Positions 11,942-23,448 of a DNA stretch of 64,000 bases are shown in pieces. Numbering within the stretch: the stretch's first letter is position 1; each line of letters starts with the position of its first letter. Below the pieces are notes generated by a model. It was not told the origin of the DNA, made no database searches, and saw nothing but the letters and a program-made list of their open reading frames with translations. Source of the DNA: Sphyrna mokarran (lineage: Eukaryota); contig JAGIQG010000008.1 of NCBI GenBank assembly GCA_024679065.1, forward strand, positions 14,136,001 through 14,200,000. Reading direction: 5' to 3'. The position numbers and the translations under genes are program-made.

Positions 11942-12093
11942 CTTCTGCATGCTTGCCACAGACACATGAAATTCTGTCCTGGTTTTCTTGTTAACTCGGC
12001 ATTTGACTGCGATGATAGAGCTTGATGGTGAAGAGGCTGAGAATTGACCTGAGCTGCTACAGGTGGTGCTGATGAAACTGCTAAAGGGGCAGA
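11942..12093 (-). CDS. ARID2: ARID2 exon (16 equivalent), 152 nt
   Basis: SAPLAVSSAPPVAAQ...RKPGQNFMCLWQACRR; AG 12094-12095, GTGAAT donor. Confidence 0.93.
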
Positions 12094-12410
12094 CTGCAGA
12101 AATATTTGTTATATGTAAATCAATACAGGCACTCCTTCAGTAAAAATAACTTTGAAAAATATCCATATCCTTGCACATTAATGTTACAGAGATTTGCAGC
12201 TATAACTAGCTTCAATTAAGGTAGAATAAAACATTATTAGCTGAGGCAATCAAAATGTTTTGCAATTTAGTGATACAGAATTGAAACATCGTCATTGAAT
12301 TTGAAGATATGAGGTGGTTTTCACTTGAGTTAGGCATCTCATGGTGACTTAAGGTTAAGATGTTGCCCATTAATTCACTGCAAGTGCTCAGTAACAAATT
12401 ACTTTTCAGC

Positions 12411-12704
12411 CTTTTGGCTAAGATCAAGTGTAATATCGACATGCTGTGCTTGGTTGAAGTCATTAGGTTACATTTTAGCTTCATTTGAAGCAATTTTTAG
12501 AAGCGGCATCTTGATCTTTTGGCTCAGATGCAAATGAGATCAAGCCTTGGGAGGAGGAGCCATACCTCTTCCAATCAGCTTGGATCATGTAGATCAAGCC
12601 CAAGACATGGTGAGAGCCCTGTCTTGTCAGCTTGGATCAGGAATGTCCCAACTTGAGGCTCTGACATGGACTCGATTTGAATGAATTGAAATAAAAAATT
12701 TAAA
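12411..12704 (+). mobile_element. Retroposed element with U2 snRNA-derived 5' head (candidate U2-SINE or U2 chimera)
   Basis: 12409-12437 matches U2 nt 12-40 at 28/29; second U2-like motif about 12505-12529; A-rich tail; perfect 15-bp TSD AAATTACTTTTCAGC at 12396-12410 and 12705-12719. Confidence 0.8.
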
Positions 12705-13679
12705 AAATTACTTTTCAGCAAAATCTTGCCCATCATTTAAAGCTACTTGGTACAAACTTGGAAGATCATTATTAAAATCAAGTAAAGGTGTGGTAGGATA
12801 TAGCACATTCATTTTATTCACCATATCTTGTCCAATCATATGCACTACCTGCAAAGTAATTTAATATTTTAAGTGTTAGAAGAAATGCCATTGAACTCTG
12901 GCTGGTTACTACTATATATCAAGATAAGATCACAAGTAGATTTCAGTGCGACACTATGTCTGTTAAGAAATTGAGTTGAACAAGGCTAGTTCAATTGAAC
13001 AAACATTAAATGCTGCTTTCACTAAGTTTAACCTTAATATTAGACCACTCCTAAATGTAAAAATGTTATTCGCCAAAAGGTTCCATATAGATGAAAGGTA
13101 AAAATGTAGCCATGAAACATAACTAAGGTAATCATAAAATATTGCAGCAAGTACAGTTCATCAATTTAATTTTTTTCCATTCAATTAAATGAGACAAAAA
13201 TAAAGTTAACCTTAACCATGAAACAAATTTAAAAACAAAAATACAAACTACACGTCCATTAATGGAGCAAAGCTATTCATTCAATAGCTGGACAATGCAG
13301 GCTAAAAGAAAATAGTATTTGTAGAGTTAGCTGGTCTCAGCAGTGATCATAGTACAGATAGTAAAAGGAGGAAAAATTGACCAGATGTTCTATTCCTCAG
13401 CACTGTTCAGCACATTCAGTTGGTAATTCGGCGATAGAACTTGATTAGCTAAAGATGTTGAAAATTGTTCTCCGAGTTTCTGCTGGTCATGTTGTTTATA
13501 CCATTAAAGAGAAGACTACAGGATTGTCAGGTGTAAAATCATATTAGATGAGCTTTGCTGAGGAAATCTTTTCATCATTTTAAATAGCTCATTTAAATCA
13601 CAACTTTCTAAACAAGGTACATTTTATGCAACCTGTTCTCATAACTTGACTCTAAAACTTGATAAGTTTTTAGTGAATT

Positions 13680-14430
13680 TGCACCTAACCTCCTCCAAGA
13701 TCAAGGGGTTCTGCCTAAGGTTCGGTGTCCAAATGTTAACACAACACTCCAAATAGAATCTGACATGGCACTGTACTGCTAAAATAAAGCTTCATCAGTT
13801 TTGTATTCTAGGCCCCTTGATAAAAAAATTCCCATTACCTGTTTGATTATTTTGTACCTATGCCCTCTGTTTTAGCGATTTGAAAGCCTGTACATCAATC
13901 TCTGCTCCTGCACCGTTCGTATCATTTACTATTAAGAAATTACTCTGATTAAACTTTTGTAGATCCAAATTGGGTGAACTCACACCTTCTCCATAGTGAT
14001 TCCATCTGTCCCAGTTTTACCTACTCACTTATTCAGTCTATTGTGTCGTGGGACAAGTAACTGCGCCTCCTTACATAGTGTCACCTACAAACCTAACAGG
14101 AAATCTCTCCTCCCTCATTCATGGGGACAAAGGGAGACCCTAATACAGAACCCTGGGGAACACCAATCAGACAAAGGTTTTTTAGATCCTTACTCTAACT
14201 CCAACCTTCTAATTAATTATCAACCTATATATAGTTACCTTCAATTCAGTTCTAACTGTTATTAACAATCCCTCATGCAGATAATCTTATTTTACCAAAT
14301 ACCTTTTGGAAGCCTAAATAGATATATGCATTCCTCTACCAGCATAGGGCTGACTTAAATATTCAATTAAATTAGTCAAACATGTTCTACCTTTCAGAAA
14401 TCCATACAGATCTTTGATCAATTCAAAATT
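13680..14430 (-). mobile_element. Highly decayed CR1 RT fragment
   Basis: Remnant motifs (ACAGAACCCTGGGGAACACC = GVPQGSV reversed; AATACCTTTTGGAAGCC = DFQKVF-like reversed). Confidence 0.5.
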
Positions 14431-14750
14431 TGTTCAAATATTCAGTTATGCTAACCCTGGTGACAGATTCAAGTAATAACTTCCTCAAAACTGACAGAGT
14501 GCTTTCATGAATTAATAACAAAGCATCAAATTCGTCAACAACTCACAGCACCACATCTCTGGAGCTTTCAAAAGTGTAGCAAAGTCAATTTGAAAATTGA
14601 AGTTGAAATTCAAGTCAAGCTAGGTTCGTTAGCAAAATCTGTAAATCTTTAGAAGAGTCAAAATGAACATTGCATCGAACAAAATAAAATGCAGTCAAAT
14701 GTGGAACTGAAACAAACAGACAACAGAATTATGATATGCACCCATGTATG

Positions 14751-15625
14751 GGCTTGGATTTTACGTGAAGTAATGGCTCCAATGATATCTGTGGTGGGAA
14801 TTTCCCCCTTCCCGACTTTAGTTTAAAACTGGTGTCAGCAGGCATTTAGCAAATGATATCATCAAGCAGGATAAGCAGCATCTTAATGTTCAGCAATCCA
14901 GGAAGGAACATGGGCCTTTTTTTCCCCAAATTTAATTAAAATTTCACAGAACAAAAATAAATGTTTGGTACATACATCTTGAAATATAAAACAAACTGTA
15001 AAAAGAAATTAAAATGTGATTTTCTTTCATCATTACACAAATTTGACACTTATAAATAGAAAATTAGTTTCTCAGGATAGTAAGGCGATTTAGCAGAATT
15101 AAGGAGTGTTGCAAGTGTTTTTACAGCAAGACCAAGAATACAAAGAGCAATTTATCAGCAATTAAAGTAAAATTAAAGTTCATTTATTAGTCACAATTAG
15201 ACTTACATTATCACTGCAATGAAGTTTCTGTCAAAAGTCCCAAGTTGCCACATCTGAGGGTCAATATAACATGGCCAATTCACCTAACCTGCACATCTTT
15301 GGACTATGGGTAGAAATCGGAGCACCCTGAGGAAACCTACACAGACACACGGAGAATGTGCAAACTGGGACCTATTCCTGGGTCCCTAGTGCTGAGGCAG
15401 CAGTGCTAACTATTGTGCCAACATGCCACCTAAATTGATTGATTTCTGCTTGCTTGATTGCAGTCTAGGGAACTTCAATAATGCATTCAATGGGAAAACA
15501 GATATTTACTGATGGCAACTTTTGGATTTCTGCAAGTGTGGACTCCAAAGGTTGCTATCAGTTTTGGAGGTATAAGGACCGTCAGTGCTAACAGTTTCTA
15601 TTATGATTACTACTGTAAAATCTGG
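14751..15625. mobile_element. Probable MITE/non-autonomous DNA transposon containing a V-SINE
   Basis: Imperfect terminal inverted repeats TTGGATTTTAC / GTAAAATCTGG. Confidence 0.35.
15165..15430 (-). mobile_element. V-SINE (HE1-like)
   Basis: Same head, V-domain and tail as 4353-4627. Confidence 0.8.
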
Positions 15626-16386
15626 GATATTGTTTTTGCTGCATTGTAGTTGGAGGAAAATAATGAATATGTAATTGCTACTTTAATCAATTTGCTAATT
15701 TGTTTTGAGAGAAATGGCATTAAGACCATAAACATAGGCACTGCATAATGTCAGTATTCCAAAAGACTTGCTGGGATGTGATCTCGCAAGCAGCAGCAGT
15801 AAATACTTAAAATAATTTGCATAAATAAAATAACCTTGGAATTGCGATCAAATAAAAAATTGAAGACTTCAGACCATGGATAATTCTAACAGTTTCTCTG
15901 TAAAGCTGCCAAAAGACATTCCCTCATTAACTTTTAAACAAGCACCTATTTGGCAGATTTCCATGCTAAATTTCTTCTCACTCAAAGAACAGGAGTTTAG
16001 AATTAGTTCTTACAGCAGAAATCTGTAGCTACAGCGTGAAATCAAGAATATGGAGGTGGAAAACCAGCTGTGACATTTTTCTGAACATCATAATCATTTC
16101 TTCATTTGCAAGTTATTCAATATAAAATGGTACAAGAATTTTTACATTCACAAGTTATCTCAAGTCATCTTTTTAAACTTTATGGTATAGTAATTTTCTA
16201 CTTCCTTTAATACACTGTAAATGTAACAAAATAATGTTAATGTGAAACAAGTCATTAAATAGCAACGTACACAAACAAGCTGGATTCTGAAGCATTAAAT
16301 ATCAGCATTAAAACAGAAATTTTACAAGGAACTTCAATCAATTTAGTAAGTTAAATAGAAATTAACTTATTTAATTACTTGCTTAC

Positions 16387-19181
16387 CTGATTAACTATGC
16401 TCTGAGAAAGAACAGGCAGGTGCTGATTTTGCTGTGTTACATTGTCCATAGCTACTTTGGCTATAGTATTGGAATCAGATCCTACCGGCACAGCCACCAT
16501 TGTTGAACTGCAACCAGCATTGTTAGGGTCACTGATGGTAACAATCCTTACTCCCACTTTATTTGGTATTAATGATATGTTATCTTTGCACTCAGCTGAT
16601 CTTTTTAAAAGATCAGTTGAACCATTGGTTGTTGGAGTCTGGTAAAGTTGGACTGAATGTATAGCTACAGGTCCAGGTTGATTTGGAACTGGAGAGTAAT
16701 GCACCTGGGGAGTGTTAGAAAGCGAAGACTGCACAGAAACAACTGAACTTGGACACTGCTGAAGCTGAGGCACCGCTGAACCTATGCCAACTGTTATAGG
16801 TCCGTTGGATAATCCTGAGTTTGTACCACTGATTTGCTGGTCAACAGAGCTTGAAATGACTGTACAGCTAGCACTAGAATTTCCTATTGAAACAGGTCCG
16901 TTATGCACTTTGGTCAACTGACCACTTTTGGCAGTGTTTTGCTGGTTACAGTCCATATTGCCCCATTGCTCCTGTGCAACTATATCACCATTTTCCACAT
17001 GATTGGAAGCTTTATGATTTGGAATGTTTTTGCTTAAGTGTGAACCATCTCCTTTTTCAAAATCACAGATTCCATTAACCATGGGCATTTTCGTAAGATC
17101 TTTTTTAATTTCCTGCATTCCTGTATGCTGTACATTCAGCTTCCCATTGGATACATTTTGATTGACTCCTGTCAAAGGTCCGTTTGAGGCCACTGTGCAT
17201 TGGATGGGCTCAGACTGAGCTATCCCTGAGTTAGATGGAGGTAGATGTGAATTATCGTGTTTTTTTCCATTTACAAGTTTTATCGCCTGCGTTCCACTTT
17301 CATTCAAGCCACCATTTGGTGTAACTCCTTCTGAACAGGAAGGATTCTCGCAAATTTCAATTTTACGTTCATGTAGATGTAAATCTGTTGTATCTTTTGC
17401 TTCCTCCTCCTTCTGGCAAATTATTTTGTCACCTGTGAATGCAATTCCAGATTCTGCGCTTTTTACCTGTCCACTCTGTGATGTCAAGATAGGTGGAGAT
17501 GCTTGTACTTGGAGGCCAACTCCGGCTTGTGACCCACTGACAGGAATTCCTGCAGGGGCTATGATCTGCGTTCCACTGCCATGACTCCCAGCTGCAGCAG
17601 TAAAGGTGGTATTTGGCACAACAGTAATGGTAACCTGGTTGCCAGTTGTTCCCTGGAGAAGAGCAGCAGTGTTACTAGCAGAGATTAACTGACCCGGTAA
17701 AATCTGCATGTGAGGAATGGGCACCGTCTGCACTGACCCCGGTGAATGAATGGGACCTTGAACAAGCTGCACATTTTGTTGTCCAACTACTAACTGCTGA
17801 CCTTGGGCTTGAACTCCAAAATTACTTGCCTGATTGTGAGTCACTTGATAGACCACCTGAGGACTCGGAGCTCTAGTACTGGAAGGGGGAGGCATTTGAG
17901 GAGCAGGTAATATAAGTTTACCACCTGGAGTAGGGGGCCCTCTTTTTGGAAGAAGTAATTGTTTTATTAAGCTAGATTCCCCAGAGGGAGGTTGACTAGC
18001 TCCAGTAGTGGTCTGTTGAGACTGAAGTTGCATCTGGAACTGCTTTTGGGGGTGTTGTTGCTGCTGTTGCTGCCGTTTCACAGAAAGCATCTTGCTCACT
18101 GTTTGAGGCCCTTGTACTTGAGGAGTGGAAGGTTGGGTAACCAACCCCACTTGTACTGGAGTGTTGTTGACAGGTAAAGGAGATGGTGAGGATGAAGGGG
18201 CTACATGTGCCTTCCCAGCCAAATGAATAGTTTGGCCAGCTTGAATAGCAGCTGGATTTGTCAACAATATCTGATGAATGGCAGGGGCAAAACTCTGTCC
18301 CTGTTGAGTTGGCTGACTAACAATCACACGCACACTTTGCTGGGGTTGCTGTTGCATTATGGTAGACTGGATTTGCTGAGGTGGCATTCCTGCTGGTTTT
18401 GGTGCTATATTCTGGAAACACATCCTGGGGGCTGGAGGGCTTTGAACCCCAGCAATTGCAACCACTTGACCTGTCGAGACTTGAAAGTTTTGCACTGTGG
18501 CACCAGATACAATGGAGGGACTTGGGCTGCAAGAATAGTGCTGAGGTGCCAATAAAACAGGGTCCTGCTGGTTATTTATTTTTGGTTGGTGACGTGGTGC
18601 CTGGGATACTGCACCTGATAATAGCTGTCCTTGGGAAACTGTGGTGGCTGGTATGCTTTGAACTCTGCCAATTGCTGCATGGCTGTGAGAGACAGCCTGC
18701 TGTATCACAGTAACAGTTGTTGTTGCAGAGGTATTCACCTGATTAGAAGATACTGTTGGTATGGAAAGCTGGTGACCAGGAAGCTGCTGTTGAAAGAATT
18801 GTGGATGTTGAAGCACTTGCTGAGAGGTTGCCATTGTAGCTGATGATGGTGTTGTCGTGGCATGGTTTTGGGTCACTGTTCCCTGTGGTATGCTGATTCC
18901 AGTTAACGAATATGGAACAGAAACCACAGGATGATTGCTAAAAGTTGGAGAATGGACAACTGTACACCTCACTGCTTCACTAGTGATTGGAGTTCTGCTT
19001 TGTACAAGGGTCACTGCAGCATTTTGGTGTGGTTGTGCCAGGCCAATTTGCTCTTGTGGCATCTTGGTAACATTCAGAGCTGGAACACTTTGTTGAAAAG
19101 TGTAGATCATTTGAGATCCTGGGTGACCAGTAGAAAGGTTACCTCCAGGAATCCTTTGAAAGTGGTTTATCACTGCCTGTG
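16387..19181 (-). CDS. ARID2: ARID2 giant exon (15 equivalent), 2795 nt, Gln/Pro/Ser-rich region
   Basis: Conserved blocks FQNIAPKP, GESSLIKQLLLPKRGP, GDKIICQKEEEAK, NGICDFEKGDGSHLSKNIPNHK, PNKVGVRIVTISDPNNAGCS; TTTCAG acceptor 19182-19183, GTAAG donor at 16386. Confidence 0.97.
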
Positions 19182-20074
19182 CTGAAATCAGAAAAACAAT
19201 ATCATCACAATGCATAACTGTGGTCCTTCCAGCAGAGCCTTTACAGATTACAATCCTTTTATAATTCAGTTTAATTTGTTCAAGAATAACAGTTTTATTA
19301 TTTTCAGTGTAGACCAAGCATGCAACACCAAACAGCACAGATTCACTGAGGACAAGATCTTGTTTCAGAAATTTTATATTATATGATGTTCACCAATCAC
19401 CAGTCTCATACAACACCTCACATTATCAAATTCTAAATAACAGCATAAAGGGAGTGTGAAATTTTTAAAGATAAATGCTATTCCCAAGGTGACCATAGAT
19501 TTATTTATCATCATTTTCAAAGAGATGCATTAATGATACAATCAGCAAATTATATTATACAAGAATGGTTTCAGCCATTAGCAATTAACATCCTATGACA
19601 GCTTCAAAAATATTAACTATTCTTCCCTAAACATGATATTTCAATGTTATCAATGGTTTTCTGATGTAGACATTCAAGTAGCTCGACTTAGCCATAAATC
19701 TATGTTACATTCCATCCTTACCCCAACACTCCACATCCCTAAGGATTCAATGCATTGACTAGGTTCTGAATGAGAGTACCTATATCTTTGGAACAATACT
19801 TTTTTTTGCCAAAAGGAGACTTAAAAGATCTGCTACAATAAATCTTGTACAGGTTTACACATAAGCATTTTCTTCATTCAAGTATTTCCCAAACTGAGTT
19901 CCATGGAAGGAGACACCCAGTGGTTCTGCAGTACATCTGTTCATTTAAATTTGAAAAAGCTGTCCTTTCAGCTTGTCCATTTAAAGATGGTTTTCACACT
20001 GTGTTGACTACAGATAGGCGCACCAGTCACCAGAAGCTGGCCTCCAATTGGATAAGTTAGAAATAGCAGCAAAG

Positions 20075-20520
20075 TGTGTGAGCATGGGAGGGGGTAAGGG
20101 GGATGTGTGCATGAGAGAGAGAGAAAGGGGTGTGCATGAGAGAGAAGGGTGCATGTGTGAGAGAGAGAGCATGAGTGCAGGAGAGAGTAAGTGCATGTGC
20201 ATGAGAGTATGAGTGCATGAGCAGGGTGAGTATACAAGTATAACTGTAAAGTGAGAGTACATATGTGTGCGTACTGCATCAGAGGGAGAGAGGAAGAGGT
20301 AAGAGTATGTATGAAAGGTGGGTGTGAGAGTATTTGTGTGCGGGAGGTGAGTGTGTGTGAAGGAGGAATAAATGTGCACAAAAGAGCTGAGTGTGTGTGA
20401 GAGGGAAAGAGATGGGAGTGTGTGAGACAGAGTAAGGAGAGGGGAGTAAGAGAAAGGGGTAAAACAGTGAGAAAGGGAGGATGAGAAAGAGACACATACA
20501 AACAGAACTAGTGAGTGCAC
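20075..20520. repeat. Low-complexity (GA/GT)-rich degenerate microsatellite
   Basis: Runs of GAGA, GTGTGT and GTGCAT. Confidence 0.8.
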
Positions 20521-21158
20521 GCATGTCTGATCTGAAAATGCAGCTCTCCAGCAGCATTCCTAATACTAAGCCAATTTGTGAGCACAAGAGCAGCATCACC
20601 ACCCCAATTAAAAATGACTAAAAATTAAATATTTGTTGAATAAAATGACAATAAATGTATACATAAGAAATAGAAAATATTATGTGCCTATTGAGCAAAA
20701 ATTCTTTTTGTGCTTTAACTCTTCAACATAGTTAAGGATGTTTCTTAGGGGTTCAGTCAATACTCTTAGGAGGTCAAAAGAGTTCCACGGCTGGAAACAT
20801 TTGGGAAACCCCAATTTAAACTAAAATACAAAGAGTTTGTAGACTTCAGATTGATGGTCTACCTGGTTGCTAAAGATATTTTACATTAAAGGGCATCTGC
20901 TGTGAACTAGTAACTTCACTGTAGTGTTAATGTAAGCCTACTTGTGACACAATGAATAATTTTTAGACTTTAAAACATCCAGAAAATATAGCTTGCTGAG
21001 GGTGGCAGCCCTGATTATTTATTGGTCAGCCAGATTTGCTAACTTTTACTCCATTCATTTATTTAAAATTTCTGGAGGAATGTCTGAACGTAGTTTTTTT
21101 TTCTGATTAATCTGACATGTTAAGTATTCACATATATTTTCATGAGTAAGCAACTTAC

Positions 21159-21340
21159 CTGACAGTGGTGGATTCTGTGTTAGCTCTGGTGTAATAGAGG
21201 GAGCCATTGGTGATTGCTGGTAGTGCACTTGCATGGGAAGTGGTGTAGCCCTTCTTTGGATCCCTACTACGTGTATTTGTGCTTGGCCACTATTATTGGG
21301 ATCTTCTATTCTTTTTACCGTATGGGTTGGAAATAGAGAC
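21159..21340 (-). CDS. ARID2: ARID2 exon (14 equivalent), end of RFX-like winged helix, 182 nt
   Basis: SLFPTHTVKRIEDPNNSGQAQIHVVGIQRRATPLPMQ...; AAG acceptor 21341-21342, GTAAG donor. Confidence 0.94.
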
Positions 21341-21679
21341 CTTGCATACAAGACAAAAGAAAACACGTCAAGGTCTGCAAGCAACCAATTCAGTGTTCTG
21401 AACAAAACTATTCAGAGTAGACAATGTAATTACTGTTACATAGATCGGCAATTGAGCATTTTAGAATGTTGTAACATATCACTCCTCAAATCTATTTTTC
21501 TTGCACAGCAAAATATTAAAAACATAAGTCAGGTAGATGAAAATCCAGGGATTTTGAGCAAGAGAGGTCATATTTCCCTGTGAGAAAAACAGAAATGTGT
21601 TTGCCTTTCTAAAGCTATTGTTCACTTGTTCAAGATTTTTTCGGAAATGGCGTTGACAGAAGCCATGCACCAACATGGT

Positions 21680-23060
21680 TCATAAGATAAAAAGGGGTAG
21701 AATTAGGCCATTCAGCTTATTGAGTCTGTTCTGCCATTCGATCATGGCTGACATGCTCCTCATCCCCATTTTACTGCCTTCTCCTCATAACCCTTCAACT
21801 CATTACTAATTAAAAATCTGTCTAACTCTTCCTTAAATTTACTCACTGTCCCTGCATCTACCACACTTTGGGATAGTGAATTCCAGTTTCACAACCCCTT
21901 TGACAGTAGTTTCTCCTCAACTGTTTTGCTATCCCTTACCTTCAGACTATGACCTCTTGTACTAGAGTGCGCCATAAGAGAAAGCATCTGCTCCATGTCT
22001 ACTTTATCCATATGTTTTACAATCTTGTATACCTAATTTGATCTCCCCTTATTTTTCTATATTCCAAACAGTATAGGCCTAAACTGTTCAATCTCTTTTC
22101 ATATGACAAACCTCTCATCTCTGGAATCAATCTAGTGATCCTCCTCTGAACTGTCTCCAATGCCATTACATCTTTACTCAAACAGGGGGACTAAAACCGT
22201 GCACAATCCTTTAGGTGTGGTCTCACCAATGCCTTGTATAGTTGCAACAATACTGCCTTACCTTTATTTTCTATTCATTTAGGTATAAATGCCAACATGC
22301 CATTCGCTTTCTCTATTATCTGCTGTACCTGCATGCTAGTTTTCTGTGATGCATGAACAAGAACACCCAGATCCCTCTTCATCAGAGCATTCAGAAGTCT
22401 CTCCCCATTTAGATAATAAGTTGCTTCCCATTTTTCCAACCAAAATGCATGATCTTATACTTATTCACATTAAACGCCATCTGCTACATTTTGGCTTACT
22501 GTCTTAATCATCTACATTCATTTGTAAGGTTCTAACTTCCTCATTGCAACTTACTTTCCCATCTATTTTTTGTCATCTGCAAATTGCGTTATAGAGCCTT
22601 CTATCCCTGTATCAAGTCATTAATATAGATTGTAATAGTTGGGACCCAAGAACCAAACCCTGTGGTACCCCACTAGTTACATCCTGCCATCCAGAAAAAA
22701 AATATTTATGCTGATTCTGTCTTCTGTCCAGCCAGTCACCTACCTAAGCTTTTAAATTACTCCTCATCCCACGTGATCTAACCTTGTGAATCAACCTTTT
22801 GTGTGGCACCTTATCAAACGCCTTCAGGAAGTCCAGATATACTACAAATACAGGATCCCCATCATTATTTTGCTTCTTACACCTTCAAAAAGCTCTAGCA
22901 AATTAGTCAAATATGATTTGCCCTTCATAAAGCCATGCTAACTCTGATGGATAGCATTTTGACTTTCCAAATGTCCTGATATAGCATCCTTGATAATTGA
23001 TTCTAACACTTTCCCAACAACAGCAGATGTTAAACTAACTAGTCAGTAATTTCCCACATT
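21680..23060 (-). mobile_element. CR1 LINE, 5'-truncated, decayed RT to 3' tail
   Basis: GGCCATTCAGC...TCGATCATGGCTG tail; reversed VTSGVPQG and [11 protein letters not shown] motifs. Confidence 0.8.
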
Positions 23061-23313
23061 ATTCCCACAAGATACGTGCCAGCACATGGAGAACGAACTG
23101 CGAAATTACAGGAACAAATCTTACACTCTTTTTATTATCCTTGGGTTGCGTCCTTGACAATGCCAACATTTCTTGCCAGCATTTTGTTGCCCACTCAAGT
23201 TTCCCTCAAGATGATAGTGGTAAGGTTTTGTTCCATACCCTCTCAAAAAATACTAGCTTTGTCAATAGTGGAAGAAGTGAAAATCGTTTTCACCATCAAT
23301 TAGTTTGACTTAC

Positions 23314-23448
23314 CTAAGACATCTGTTAAATCCTGTTGAAGTCAGAATTCCACCCCGAGCTAATTTACTGCACACAGAAAGATATTCAGAGTAAAGATCC
23401 ACTCGTGAGATTGAGCCTTCCAGCGAGGTCTCAAAATGTGCACTTAAC
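23314..23448 (-). CDS. ARID2: ARID2 exon (13 equivalent), RFX-like winged-helix domain, 135 nt
   Basis: [45 protein letters not shown]; canonical sites. Confidence 0.96.

Noticed and set aside
12409-12437. Functional U2 snRNA gene
   Set aside because: Only about 29-40 nt of U2; no Sm site or 3' stem-loops; embedded in a TSD-flanked insert
16375-19338. 987-aa ORF as a standalone intronless gene
   Set aside because: It is the ARID2 giant exon. The first about 52 codons and last 3 are intronic read-through beyond clear splice sites
19968-20602. Three overlapping His/Ser/Leu/Thr-rich ORFs, or an extra ARID2 exon
   Set aside because: Translations of low-complexity microsatellite; exons 21159-21340 and 16387-19181 join in phase without a gap
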